A stretch of DNA of 63,930 bases, the filler included, from Octopus bimaculoides (taxonomy: Eukaryota), in assembly GCF_001194135.2 (NCBI RefSeq). It is 6 parts of 6 records of this genome, joined end to end, with 100 filler letters (N's around TTAATTAATTAA, not from the genome) between each part and the next. Parts side by side here need not be neighbours in the genome. Positions count along the whole stretch, not along the records: positions 1 to 24,321 come from NC_068992.1; positions 24,422 to 42,601 come from NC_068999.1; 4 more parts are not named here. One strand, written 5' to 3'. The notes under the pieces are model-generated. The model searched no databases. It was given only the letters and a program-made list of their open reading frames with translations, and was not told the origin of the DNA. This document shows, one piece after another, positions 13,329 through 26,090 of the stretch. Both the position numbers and the translations under genes were made by a program. The first letter of the stretch is position 1. Every line of letters begins with the position of its first letter.

Positions 13329-15357
13329 CATATATCGAACTAATCATAGATTAAATTATACTGTTAGCAGTATAATTTAATGTTCAACAAACACAGTGCT
13401 TATTTCGCCAGTAACCATATAATAGGAAACAAAATTTTTAAAATGACTTTCCTGAATTTTAAACAATTTTAATTATTTATAATATATTTGTGACAAAGCT
13501 TTGTATCGTTAAAATGATTTAATTAGCTTCTTCGTAATAGTAATTATAATCGACTGTGGCTTCATCATTATCTCTTTTGTCCAGTGTATTTATACATTAG
13601 GCTACGCATACTCATATGCATATACACACACACACACACAAACTTACACACATAAACACGTCTCCTCAAATACAAACAATTATATTCAAATATCAATTTG
13701 TCTTATCCAAATAGTAGTTTGAAATTAATGTTTTAAACACCTGTTGTTGACACATATTGAGTTAGAGGAATTTCGATTATAGTAATGAATACGTAGAATT
13801 GAACTCCTTAGAATGCTATATATTTTCAAACTGATATTTAAAAATTAATCTTATATTCAAAAGCATTTAATTTGTTATCTCTGTATGATACTTTAAATGA
13901 AAGGAGAGGTAACTTTTTTTTATATTATACTTCTACGCTTTTACGAAAGACTAAATTTGTATAATTTAATTTTAGGTCATAATTATAATTCAGTGAAAAT
14001 GCGTTTCTACAATCCACTAATGTTCTTCAATATAAGAGTGGTTATTTTTCTATTTTTTTCTATTTTTTTCTATTTAATACTAATTTCCATAATTCACATA
14101 GTGTCTCAAATCTTTTCTTTATGTTGTTTAAATATTCTGAATTTATATCAATATCGACTGCTTCTCGAATAACATATATTGCTTTTCATTGTCTCTCACT
14201 GAATTTTAAGAGAAGTTTGCATTTGACGTGATAAGGTTAAACTTATCACTCAAGATTAATTGCAAACTTTCTCCATCATGATCTGTTGGATTGGCAGTAG
14301 CTTCAAAGTGTCTTACAAGAACTCATAATGGTATTAGGCATCTTCTGTTTATGTTTTTAATCTCATTTACAAGGATTTCCACATTCTTCAAATTCCATTT
14401 GGGCTATTACAACAAGTTAACACCAATCAGGTAATGAAGTCGATTGAGTCAACTACATTTATGCACTAAATAGATGCTGCGATATATCTTTGTTAAAATC
14501 GATTATTATGCATCTTAATTACTCTGAATATGCTAACTACTTAGTTATCTGTTAGTATGGTTCTATTCAAATTTTTATTTAAATAGATTTAAATTTACAT
14601 AAATCATTATATAACACTGCATTTTATATAGCTACCAATCTGAAACAAACTTAGTAGATTCCACAAGAAAGAAGATGGAGGCATATAACGAATATTCAGT
14701 AAAACATCAATATACAAACATTGTTTGTAAATTCCAGTTCTTTCTTAAAGATGGTCTATTCAATGTGTAGTGATCACGATCTAAGTCTCAATATCAACAC
14801 AAATCTTGTAAACGAGAAAGAAACAGGATTTCTGTGTTGAATCCTTACAATAGTGTGAACTCCACTGAAAGCTATATGATTTTAAATCAGGTGTCAATTT
14901 TGGACCACCCCGCGGTGAATTCTCAAAATATATCTGTGCCAGATGTTTTACATATGCTTAGTTCCAGTAATCCAAATTAATAGCTGGAGGTTAAATCTAT
15001 TCAGTCAGATGTATACAAATATAACATTCAGAAATTTTCAGAAATATCGACATCAATAAGATGGAATGAATGGAACAGAAATAATCTATTACGGTTTTAG
15101 AGTTTCTCTGAAACAATCGTAAATCACACATGTAAATAAATAGTTTATAGAGTAATAAAGCAATTGGCTCCATGAATATTATCTCACTTTCACCTATGCT
15201 GCTCTTAAGGTTTAACGGTTGTTTTTTTCTATTTCTATTATATTCTTTTTAGCTTACATATACGGTAAAATTTACTCGTATATAATTACATAATTGTATT
15301 TAGATCACGTTTTACCTAATTAATTATTGGATATTTGTAATGTTTATCCTCCCTTCT

Positions 15358-15370
15358 CTCTCTGTCTATC

Positions 15371-15417
<47 letters not shown>

Positions 15418-15420
15418 CAC

Positions 15421-15484
<64 letters not shown>
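15358..15484. repeat. (TATC)n plus (CT)n microsatellite
   Basis: Directly visible. Confidence 0.95.
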
Positions 15485-15487
<3 letters not shown>

Positions 15488-16067
15488 GATTTACAGAAGT
15501 ATATATTAAATTTCATTTAAAACTTTGCTGCAGAAAAAAAAAGATATAATTTTAATTTATTTCTTTGCTGTTCTACTGGACCGGAAAATCGTATATTTGG
15601 AGTTAAAAATAATTTCTTTGAATTACTGCAGGCGTATAGAGTCGAAAATATTTCACTCCAGAAATACAGGTTCAATGGAACTTGTCTTGTGTAATAAATA
15701 TCATGTGAAGGAAACCAGATATCTTCAATTTATGTGAATATTGTTTTAATCTCTTCTTTTCAATGTTAATCAATTCCATATTTATGGTTCTAGAGCAGCA
15801 CTTTTGTTTGCCTCAAGATAATTTTATAGCTAATGTGCTTATAATTTTTATTGCAGCATTTTAAAATTCTAAGCGAAATCAATATGAAAAAGTTTTAAGG
15901 TTGGTGGTTTGGCTAAATCCGTAAAGCATCAGAAAAAAATACTGTGCTGTATTTAGTTTTATCCTTTAAAGTTGTGAGCTCAAATCCTACCATGGGCTAC
16001 ATTAACATCATCACTCACGAGTTAAATCATAGAGTACCAGTCAAGTACCCTTTTGGGCAAAAAAAAC

Positions 16068-16280
16068 TTTTCTCCTATAAACACAAGGCCTGAAATATTG
16101 GGGGAAAGGGCAAGTCGATTACATCGTCCCTAGTATTTAACTGGTACTTAATTTATCGACCCCAAGATGATGAAAGACAAAGTCGAGCCCGGCGGAATTT
16201 GAACTCAGAAGGTAGCGGCAGACGAAATACCACTAAGAATTTCGCCAGGCGTGCAAACGATTCAGCCAGCTTGCTGCCTT
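16068..16280 (-). mobile_element. SINE-B, full length
   Basis: Reverse complement runs from AAGGCAGCAAGCTGGCTGAATCG through GAGTTCAAATTCC (B-box) and the GGGGTCGATAAATTAAGTACCAG core to a CAGGCCTTGTG tail. Confidence 0.88.
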
Positions 16281-16321
16281 CCAATTGAGCAAAAATGATA
16301 CCACTCTGTGCCTAAGTGATT

Positions 16322-16538
16322 ATTATTGGTTTCAAATTTTAGCTCGAGACCAGAAATTACGGGAGAGGGTATAAGTCGATTACGTTGACCCCCCAGTGTT
16401 CAACTGGTACTTACTTTATTAAACCCAAAAGGACGAAAGGGAAAGTCGACCTCGGTGAAATTTTACCTCAGAACGTTAAGACTACGAAAAGCTAATAACC
16501 ATTTTCCCTGTCGTGATAATTGTTCTGCCAGCTCGACG
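16322..16538 (-). mobile_element. SINE-B, degenerate
   Basis: Same core (AGTCGATTAC...CAACTGGTACTTAC...AAAGTCGACCTCGG) with a TTTCAAATTTT tail. Confidence 0.8.
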
Positions 16539-16561
16539 AATATATAAGGAATAAAAATTAG

Positions 16562-16653
16562 ATTCAAATTTTGGCACAAGGTCACTAATTTTAGGAGAAA
16601 CGACAAGTCGATTATAACGGTCCCAGTGTTCAACTGGTACTTCTTTTATCGAC
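16562..16653 (-). mobile_element. SINE-B 3' fragment
   Basis: TTCAAATTTTGGCACAAGG...AAGTCGATTA...CCCAGTGTTCAACTGGTACTT. Confidence 0.75.
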
Positions 16654-17609
16654 ACTTGTTTATACCGAGGTCAGACCTGGCCAAACAGATTTAAGATTGA
16701 AATCTTTCCAGGCACCAATTATCCCGACGAGTTGGCTTTTTAAGACCTTCCAGGAGTAAACACTTATTTTCCAGAAGATTTTATCTACAACTCTATTATC
16801 GAACGTTTTCATACTTGTAAGATAATGTGAGATCTGCTTGAATATTAACTCAATTACAGCTGTGACTGAGACCGCCTGGTTTCTTATCAATTGACTCATT
16901 TTATTTAAGTTGATCTTGTCGTCAACCAACACCCACCAAGTTTAAGATCGGTTATAGAGACCTATAATTAAGGGTTTCCAAGTTGTAACCATTCACTCTT
17001 GCCTACAGACATTGTATTCTGGACAACATTGAGTATCTAGTTTAATCTCTTCACGCACTGAATTCAAATGTTCAATTTCGTTGCAGTATTTTCCATGAAA
17101 TAAATGTATAAAATAAGTGCTGGCGTATATAAGCTATACATCTTCACACATATTTACTGCAAATATTTCCGAAAAACATCCACTATTCATATATAGATAC
17201 AGAACCACAATTAAGTCCTGATCGAGCAATCTGTGCAAAGATTTTCCATCATGTCTTATTACCAGAACTACTGCTTTCACAGCGACAATATCTATACGAT
17301 ATCTTCACGGTCAACGATAGCTATACTTTTCTTAGTTTGATATTGTGTGGATTTTGCTGATATTTATGTATCCTGATTTTGTAAGGGATGGCCACTGATT
17401 CCTTACATTGGTACAACAAAATGCAATGACAAAAGGAGTTATATATTGGATTGAATCAGTTTGGTACCTAATTGTATTTAATCGGCAGACGTAAAGAGAT
17501 GAAGAAATAAGTCGACCCTATTGATATTGATATTTAAAAAGGAAAATAAGGTAATGTGTGTTGTCCGATATTTTAACAGTTCTGCTGTGCACCAACCTGA
17601 CGTAATAAA

Positions 17610-18609
17610 TATAAGAGTTGAGTATAGAAAGTATCAGACTTTTCCACCAAAACTAATGCCGCCTGAGCAAAGTCTTCCTCCATATGCGTGAAAATTTTCG
17701 CAACAGTAGGCCGCGTCAGATCCCGATTGTTAATACTAGGTACAGATGTGTACGCGCGGTCGTCTGATATTCGTTTTTTACGCAAGCTGATCATCGAATG
17801 CATTTAGAGATATTGCAACAAGTTTGCCAAAAGCTTACGATACTCAAGCTCAAATCATCCAGGAGATTTTGCAGACTATTGGCGACGATGCCCATCATCG
17901 CCAATAGTCTGATCAAGGTGTGGCACATCTCTGATCAAGGCACATGTCTGGCACATCTCTGATTAAGGCACACGTCTGGCACATATCTGATCAAATTTCT
18001 GATCAAGGTGTGGCACATCTGCTCTAATAATTCCTGCGGCTCAGTGAATTGCAAGACACGCTGAAGCAAGCAATCTACAAATCGAAACGAGGAACCGATT
18101 GAGAAGTTTCTGCGAATAGTCATGGAGGAACACCGTCGTGTAACCATCCAGGAAATACCACATCGAATCGAAAATAATCACAGGATCAGAGCATTCTATT
18201 GTAAAGCGAATTTGTGCATCCGGAGAGTGTCGGCGAAAATATATATTCGGATATTTTTTAAAAGCACCACGTAATTCAAGCTTTCCTGGTCAACAACAGT
18301 AGACAACTTGTTCGGCATGTTCTCCACTCTCCCGACTTTGCACCGTGTGACTTCTGGCTCTTCACCAAACTGAAAACCACGCCGAAGGGGAAACAATACG
18401 GGTCACAAGAGGAAATTATGAGAAAAGCGATGTCAGAACTTCATAGCATTCCAGAAAAGGTGTTTCCAGAGGTGTTACCAACAGTGGTATAACCGCTGGA
18501 AGAAGGGTGTAAGCTCCCAAGGAGAGTATTTTGAGTACGGTTAGAGAAAATTTGTGAAATGTACAAATTTTATGCCCAAATTTCGGATACATTTTGAACT
18601 CACTTCGTA
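17610..18609 (+). mobile_element. Decayed, internally deleted mariner transposon
   Basis: N-terminal RYCNKF..DTQAQIIQEILQTIGDDA; IVMEEHRRVTIQEI..RRVSAK. C-terminal HSPDFAPCDFWLFTKLKTT.KGKQYGSQEEIMRKAMSELHSIPE..WYNRWKKGVSSQGEYFE. Degenerate TIRs: left TATAAGAGTTGAGTATAGAAAGTATC, right (reverse complement) TATACGAAGTGAGTTCAAAATGTATCC. Most of the catalytic domain is deleted. Confidence 0.85.
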
Positions 18610-20370
18610 TATAGTAAAAAATGTTGACATCATTATGAAAAAGCAATAAATAATCTAGCAACAAGACAAAAGAAAAAATTGCCATCATTCTGAATTCGAG
18701 GTCGTGTAGGACGAGTCAAAGTCCACGAAACGACGAACACAGCAAAAATATGAACTAAAATAGTATTGCCTGGATGTATTTACAATATATACAGTATTCT
18801 ACTATCTACTATATATTGCATGATACTCTATCACTATATTCAGCTATAATTCGCCAAGTAATAATTTTAATTGTGTAGCTGGGGAGGGTTCCATCGATCT
18901 TATGCAAAATTTATTAATTTTTACTGGCGCAGAGTAAGAGAAATCAAATAGAACCAAATGGGGATTGAAATTGCGTTACTGTCTCATTTCATGGTGAGAT
19001 TTATCTCGCCATATGATGAGATGGCTTTAATAGTCACAGATGTGATATATTATAAATTTTTATAAATGTTAATTCCACGAAATTTGATGCTCTGTGTTAA
19101 CTTCCACGATCCAAATATATGAGGTTATTTCGAATATTTATTGTGAATTATAATACATTCCAGAATGGATTAGTTGTTTGCTCAAGTTGACTTCGTCTTT
19201 CATTCTGTGAACTCCCAAATCTAATCAAATAACTGCGAGATTCATGAAATATTTATTCGAATTGGCATTTCATTTGGTTTACAGAATTTATTTTAATTCA
19301 GTTTGGTCCCCCCCCACACACACACATACACACACACGCACACACGCACATACACGCGCACACGCACACACAAGCATGTACTCTCACTCATAGATCTATT
19401 TGTACGGTCTTCCTATCTTTCTATGAGCCTTGTGGTTTCTATGATCCACAGATTTCCAAATTGTCACAATCCCTCCTATTACATTCGATATAAAGTTTCA
19501 TACAATATATATGCATCATGTAATACGGAATAATTACCATGTATACCCGTAATTATATAGTGGAACATTACCTCTATTTAAGAACCTGAAAATTATTTGG
19601 ATTTCTATAATGGCCAATCGTCCAATACTACTAAACACGCACACACACACACACACACACACATACATGTGACAAGTTAGTATAACAAGCTTAAAGTGGA
19701 ATAGTGGTCGACTCAACTGCCTAATCAAAAAGGATGTAATGCCGGATGTCAAAAAGTGGATGTATTATTTGCCTCCAATGCCACTTATATAATGAGGAGT
19801 AGATAGCCGTCATCAGGACTACCAAAGCCAATCAAATACCGAATAAAACTTAGAGAAATATCTCATTCTATAGCCTACTGTTTGCCGCCCGATTTTATGA
19901 ATAAAAATCCAAAACAGAGATGAGTGGAAATGATCGGTTATGAAAAATAATTTCATCGACGGCAGAAAGGTGCAGGGAAAGACCTGATGTGATATTTATT
20001 GAAGTTAGAATATCGCTCATCATACATTGTGCTGCTCAACACACCCTCGATTCAAAAAAGCATATCATGTGTATTTATGTATATTACAAGTAATATAGTT
20101 GCAGCTTTGACCGAGAAGTTAAGGAGTTGTCTTCCTAATCATTGTGTGCAGGGTTCGGATTGGCCTGACATCTGTCAGCAAGTTTTCTAGTAGAACCAGG
20201 CTTTGTCCAATTCAATTATACTAAAATATGCATTTAAATGCAGTTTCACGGTGGTGATTTGGCACACAAACAATATTTGTCTGAAGGCAACGGTGGTTTC
20301 CGTTCACACAGTCATTACCATATATCATTATGTTCTCTGTATCAAGGACTTCTAGCCTATTATAACAGGG

Positions 20371-20417
<47 letters not shown>

Positions 20418-20754
20418 TATACAGCACCATACCATAATGTATCTATCACCCAACATACAACAACGCCATGGAGTAGAGCCCATCCTTATATTGTTAATAT
20501 GTAAAAAGTTGAAGATAATATTTGGTAAATGATGTTATGCATATATATATTTATGTTAATGTTGTTTTGTAACGATTGTCAGCTCTGAAATAAAAGATCT
20601 AACGTGACATCAGTTAGTGGCCACGTATAATACTTTGATAAGTAATGGAAAAATATCCAGAAAATGTAGAAGGCCTTTTTGCCATTATCAAATACTTCCT
20701 TGTCACATTCAGTCAACTCTGTGCTTTCTCTGCATACGTGTTGTAACGCAGCAA

Positions 20755-20838
20755 CGCTATTATTATTATTATTATTATTATTATGATGATTATTATTATT
20801 ATTATAATTATTGTTGTTGTTGTTGTTGTTGTTATTAT
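20755..20838. repeat. (TTA)n/(GTT)n trinucleotide microsatellite
   Basis: Directly visible. Confidence 0.95.
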
Positions 20839-20840
20839 AC

Positions 20841-21058
20841 CACCAGGCGATGAGCTGATGGAATCGTTAGCATGCTGGACAAAATGCTTAGCGGTATTTC
20901 GTCTGTCTTTACATTCTGAGTTCAAATTCCGCCGAGGTCGACTTTGCCTTTCATCATTTCGGGGTCGATAAAATAAGTACCAGTTGCGTACTGGAGTCGA
21001 TCTAATCGACTAGACCCCTCCCCCAGAATTTTGGGCCTTGTGCCTAGAGTAGAACAGA
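20841..21058 (+). mobile_element. SINE-B, full length, (ATT)n tail
   Basis: GGCGATGAGCTG..GAATCGTTAGC..GAGTTCAAATTCCGCCGAGGTCGACTTTGCCTTTCATC..GGGGTCGATAAAATAAGTACCAG..GGGCCTTGTGCCTAGAGTAGAA, then (ATT)n. Confidence 0.92.
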
Positions 21059-21094
21059 TTATTATTATTATTATTACTATTATTATTATTACAC

Positions 21095-21311
21095 CACCAG
21101 GCGACGAACTGGTCGAATCGTTAGCATGCGGGGCAAAATGCTTAGCGGCATTTCGTCTGTCTTTACGTTCCCAGTTGAAATTCCTTTGAGGTTGACTTTA
21201 CCATTCATCGTTACGGAGTCGATAAAGCAAGTACCAGCTCAACATTGGGGTCGATGTGATTGACTTATCCACTTCCCTGAAATTGAAAGCTTTATGCCAA
21301 AATTTCAAACC
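21095..21311 (+). mobile_element. SINE-B, second head-to-tail copy
   Basis: Same architecture, ends TGCCAAAATTTCAAACC. Confidence 0.85.
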
Positions 21312-21349
21312 ATTTTTGTACCACAGTTTCTTTTGCTGCTACTATAGAA

Positions 21350-21374
21350 CATTACCATCATCATTATCTTCATG

Positions 21375-21408
<34 letters not shown>

Positions 21409-21434
21409 GAATCAGAATCAACTTACGTATTATA

Positions 21435-21465
<31 letters not shown>

Positions 21466-21640
21466 GTATTATCGTCATCATTATTATTATTATCATTATT
21501 ATCATCATCATACCAATTTCTTTTGTTGCTACTATACAAGACTATCATTATTATTAGCGGCAGCAGCATCAACATTATCATTATTCTTAACCTCACTAGC
21601 ATCATCTTCATCGACATCATTTTTGTAGTTGTTGTGGTTG
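21350..21640. repeat. (CAT)n/(TAT)n/(GTT)n degenerate trinucleotide tract
   Basis: Directly visible. Confidence 0.9.
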
Positions 21641-23110
21641 TTGCTGTTTATCTGTCCCTTCTCTCTTTTACAAATTGTAAATTAATCAATTCCAAGCGAC
21701 TGTATTTAGATTGACTGAATAACAAATGATTACTGGGACATGGGACATATCAATGCTTTTCCTAAGATTCACCACACAAAATACGACGAAAATTCTATTG
21801 ACTACTTCATTTCAAGAACACAGAGAACAATGTATTATTTTGATAATAGAATAAAATATATGCTTTCACCATTTCAAGTAGTTGAGCAAGTTATACAATG
21901 TAGACACACCTATTTAGAAATCTTTTCATTGGCCGCCGATGCTAGCAGTGGCAACAAAACCAGCAATACATCTTTTCTTATAGAGAAGCGTGCTGAAGTT
22001 AATGCAACTCACCTCGTAACACTACATTAGCTTTAATTTACCAGTTTCTATTCATACTTACTAACCCGTGAATGTACAACTACTATTTCTATTTTATACA
22101 CGTTTGACAATATATAAAATAAAAAGTGACATTCTCTTATTTATTCTTAATCTATCCCGTAACGAACATTGCAACAATGGTAAAGATAGATGGAAAAGCA
22201 ATCTAATATTGAACTAAATGCCTTTGCTCTGTAATAAAATTTGGATTGATTTCGCATAATAAAGTGGAAAACGCATTTAGTTGTTGGGTAAAACTAAGAC
22301 TGAAATACCTATGTATGTGAGTGTACGTGAACGCGCATGCGTGTAATGGACAAAGGACATGAAAAGAGAAAAGTGAAAACAAAATATTAACACAAAGTTT
22401 TGCATTACTTGAAAGCAAAGCACTTAATGTGTTTATTAGGAAAAAAAGTATAATACATTCATAGATGGAGAGTTAAATATTTAGTAAGGTGAGATTGAGT
22501 TGTACATCCAGTTTCCGGAGATCGAGTTTTAGATTTAAATCTGTGGGTTACATTCAAAAGAAAATGGCAATGTCCAGTGATAAAGTAATATGATATCGCT
22601 GAGATTGAAAAACAATTTTCAAACAAGTAATTATGTATGCTCTGTGCAAAAATAACAAAGAAATTATTCTTTTAAACAAACAGCCTAAAATATAATACGT
22701 TTTGCATCTAATTTGTATTGTACTAGTAATCAAACTGAAACAGGTTCTGTTTTGGAGATTCTTGCTGCAATTTGAGAACGATAACATTTAGAAACGATTT
22801 TATCGTCATAGTAGATATGCCGTTTATTGTATTGTCTTACAGATTCAATCATTGGAGCGTGGCCATGCTCAAGTAACGCCTTCCAAGACTTGGTTGATTT
22901 CATTGATAGTAGTATTTATGTTATCGAGGTCCCTAAGTCGAAATGCTAGTTTACAAGACTCGTCCACAGACTCCAACAGACACCCTCAGTATTATTGGAC
23001 ATGAAGTAATAGTTCGTATCACTTATCCACGGAACGAGCCAGAGGAATCGAAAAGAAAGTGATGTAGCTGCGATATAAAATTCTTAACCACATTTTCATT
23101 CATGGGCGTA

Positions 23111-23345
23111 CAGTAATCCCTTGCCATATCGCGGTTCACCTATTGCGCACTCTATACATCGAGGTGCACCTATCACGCACACAGTACATCACGGATTTTC
23201 TGGCTAATATATGTAAATTTGTATCGCGGACTCCTCAATATATCACGGGTTTCAGTGGCTGATAATTATTTATAGCTTTTCAGATTTTGATTATTTCTGT
23301 GGGAGGTTTTGAAACGTAACACCAGCGATAGTCGAGGGATTGCTG
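23111..23345. mobile_element. pogo/Tigger-like MITE
   Basis: TA flanks. Left end CAGTAATCCCTTGCCATATCGCGG versus right end (reverse complement) CAGCAATCCCTCGACTATCGCTGG. Subterminal ~30-bp tandem units (ATCGCGGTTCACCTATTGCGCAC / ATCGAGGTGCACCTATCACGCAC). Confidence 0.78.
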
Positions 23346-24321
23346 TATATAGCTTTCTTACGACCCTTTAAAATATCCTGAGCCTAGATCAAATCTTGGA
23401 ACTATAATTCAAGAATAATGGAGAATAAGATATACACTGTACCTATATCCACACACACACACACACACACACGCACACATATATATGATATATATATATA
23501 TATATATATAGTTAATCAAATATATTCAACGAGAATGCACTATACTGAATTTCGAATAAGTGCTCTTGGTAGGGAAATGTATAAAACCTTGAAGGTATTT
23601 AGAGATTTAATGAGAGCGATTATAAATTATGAAGTGAGAGTAGGAAAAATTTCATCAAAAGTCAAGGTTTGAGATATCTTACGATCGTTTCATGAATGTA
23701 TTACTCTTCGAAATGAAATCAAAAATTGATAATCATCATTGGGTAATACATCCACTCATCAGAGAAAAGGATGAGTATCCTTGTAGTTAATCAAATGAGA
23801 GGTGTTATTTAAAAACGTCTGAAAAAGATATTGTCTACAAACATTTACTGGTATAGATGTGTTTTTAAATGGACTGAATAAAAAAATCCGTGGTAAAATC
23901 CTTTGTAGTAATCCATAATGACTGTATGTAGATAGAAGTCCCATAATTCCGTTCTCTCCTTTTAAGTATCTGTGTGTGTGTGTGAGCGAGAGAGAGAGAG
24001 AGAGTGTGTATACAGCAATCAATAAAAACATAGCTAAATATCACACGGCACAAACTGTGCCAAATATACCGTTGATACACACATAGATTGTAGGACACCT
24101 GGTAACAGTGCTAAACGGATTAAATCAATATGGATCACTGAATTGGTAAGTTGAATTACCTGGAAACTAATTTTGCCGCGTTAACTATCCAGCCGAAAAT
24201 ACGCAGTGGTGTTTCTAAGTAAATTTGCCGAAATCTCAGTCCCGTCTCTTTTACTATATACGTATATATGTATCAACAAAAAGGGAGGACTTTAGATTAT
24301 CCCCGCATGATGATATATATA

Positions 24322-24421
24322 NNNNNNNNNNNNNNNNNNNNNNNNNNNNNNNNNNNNNNNNNNNNTTAATTAATTAANNNNNNNNNNNNNNNNNNNNNNN
24401 NNNNNNNNNNNNNNNNNNNNN
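24322..24421. other. Artificial scaffold join: 44 N + TTAATTAATTAA + 44 N
   Basis: An identical 100-bp structure recurs five times. The linker has stop codons in all six frames. Confidence 0.95.
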
Positions 24422-24429
24422 GGGTGGGT

Positions 24430-25045
24430 TTTGGTGGTGGTGGTGGTGGTGGTGGCGGCGGTGGAGGATAGACTAATGAGAGACACGAGGTCAGCCTGTG
24501 TTTCGCTAACCTTAAAGTGTTTTGACTTGAAGAGTTGAAAGAAGCCTAGGGGCCCCTGTTTGTTTTTGTACCAAATTATATATCATTGTAAGGGGCTAAC
24601 AGAGTCAGAAGGAACAACAGCAACAACAACAACAGCAACAACAGCAACAACAACAACAAAAACCACAATTATGGAAACAGCAAGAAGCCAACTGGCACAA
24701 GAAACACAACAAGAGCAGCAGGAAAAGGTCGAAACAAGAACCACAACAGCAATAACGATGTCAGTAAAAACAACAGCAGTCGTTATAGTTGCTGCGAATG
24801 GAGGCGCAGCAGCAAAATTCGCAACAACAGCAGCAGCAATAGAAAGAGTAACAGTGGGAGGCGAAAGAAACCGCGGCAACCTCAGCAGTAGTAACTACAA
24901 CCTCGATAAGAACAACACAAGCCAGCAACAGCAGCAGCAGCAACTTCAGCAGCATTAGCTCCACCACCACCTCTACCATCAACAACAATGGCAACAACAA
25001 CAGAACCAGCAGCAGCAGCAACAGCAACGCCTACAAAAATGCATC
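24430..25045. repeat. Decayed (GGT)n and (CAA/CAG/GCA)n low-complexity tract
   Basis: Trinucleotide periodicity gives poly-T/Q/N or poly-L/V ORFs in several frames. Confidence 0.8.
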
Positions 25046-25074
25046 AACGAAAAGGGGGTCTTTGGAGGGGGGGT

Positions 25075-25440
25075 TGTTCAATCCGCTCGAAACTGAGGCC
25101 AAAATCTCTTTCTACAATGGCCCTAAACTGGCCAAAGCCTTGTGAGGGGATTTGGTTGATGGAAACTGAAAGAAGCCCGTCGTGTACATACATACAAAAA
25201 TATATACAAATATGTGTGTGTGTGTGTGTGTGTGTGTNNNNNNNNNNNNNNNNNNNNNNNNNNNNNNNNNCTACCAGTTGATTATTGGCGTTGGTTTGTT
25301 TACCTCACTGTAGCTTAGCAGTTGGGCAAAAGTGATCGATAGTGTAGGTACCAGGATCGATTTGTTCCACTATACCCTTCAAGGCGGCGCCTGAGCATGG
25401 CTGCAGTCCAATGATTGAAAAAACGAGTATAGGAAATAAT
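25075..25440 (+). mobile_element. SINE-A, degenerate
   Basis: CCAAAGCCTTGTGAG.GGATTTGGT.GA.GGAAACTGAAAGAAGCCCGTCG, then (TG)n and a gap, then AAGGCGGCGCCTGAGCATGGCTGCAGTCCAATGA. Confidence 0.8.
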
Positions 25441-25472
25441 AAAGAAACAGAGGAATAGTGTCCTAGAGAGAG

Positions 25473-25527
<55 letters not shown>

Positions 25528-25669
25528 GATAGAGAGAACGAGGACAGGGAAGTGTTATGTTTGGAGACCCTCACCTCATAGGTCAGGACACACTTGGGAT
25601 TAGCAAGAAGAATAACAATTGCTACAAGCAAAGTGCAAACGCGCAAGAAACCGTAAAACATGAAACTGC

Positions 25670-25702
<33 letters not shown>

Positions 25703-25822
25703 AACAACAACAGCAACAACTCTACAAAACTATTGATTTAGGTTTCCTCTGGAAAATTCTAAGTTAAAAGTTCATTTCGCTGACGGAAACAGAATTCATT
25801 CAGATTACTGCTGTTGTACAGC

Positions 25823-26090
25823 AAGGCGGCGAGCTGGCAGAAACGTTAGCACGCCGGGTGAAATGCTTAGCGGTATTTCGTCTGCCGTTACGTTCAGAGT
25901 TCAAATTCCGCCGAGGTCGACTTTGCCTTTCATCCTTTCGGGGTCGATAAATTAAGTACCAGTTACGTACTGGAGTCGATGTAATCGACTTAATCCGTTT
26001 GTCTATCCTTGTTTGTCCCCTCTATGTTTAGCCTCTTGTGGGCAGTACAGAAATAGGTATTTCGTCTGCCGCTACGTTCTGAGTTCAAAT
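25823..26090 (+). mobile_element. SINE-B, full length, plus a partial tandem restart (about 26056-26090)
   Basis: AAGGCGGCGAGCTGGCAGAAACGTTAGC...GAGTTCAAATTCC...TTTGTCCCCTCTATGTTTAGCC..GTGGGCAGTACAGAAAT, then GGTATTTCGTCTGCCGCTACGTTCTGAGTTCAAATT repeated. Confidence 0.93.

Noticed and set aside
14675-15100. Frame with few stops (MEAYNEYS...LNPYNSVNSTESY...)
   Set aside because: It is interrupted by two double stops and has no recognisable homology. It is not supportable without a search.
16660-16932. 90-aa minus-strand ORF
   Set aside because: No recognisable domain or exon context.
17908-18019. Short direct repeats here and at 61844-61928 as CRISPR-like arrays
   Set aside because: There are no unique spacers and no cas genes, the context is eukaryotic, and both are explained as tandem duplications of TE sequence.
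21740-22030. 96-aa ORF containing LIEKRAEVNA (ankyrin-like phrase)
   Set aside because: A single short phrase, without the TPLH motif or neighbouring repeats, is compatible with chance.
24366-24377. TTAATTAATTAA as a biological motif (homeodomain site or piggyBac target)
   Set aside because: It is always centred in a 100-bp N block, so it is an assembly spacer.
24560-24958. 132-aa Thr/Gln/Ala-rich ORF suggesting a low-complexity exon
   Set aside because: It is a decayed CAA/CAG repeat, open in several frames on both strands, with no convincing splice signals or motif.
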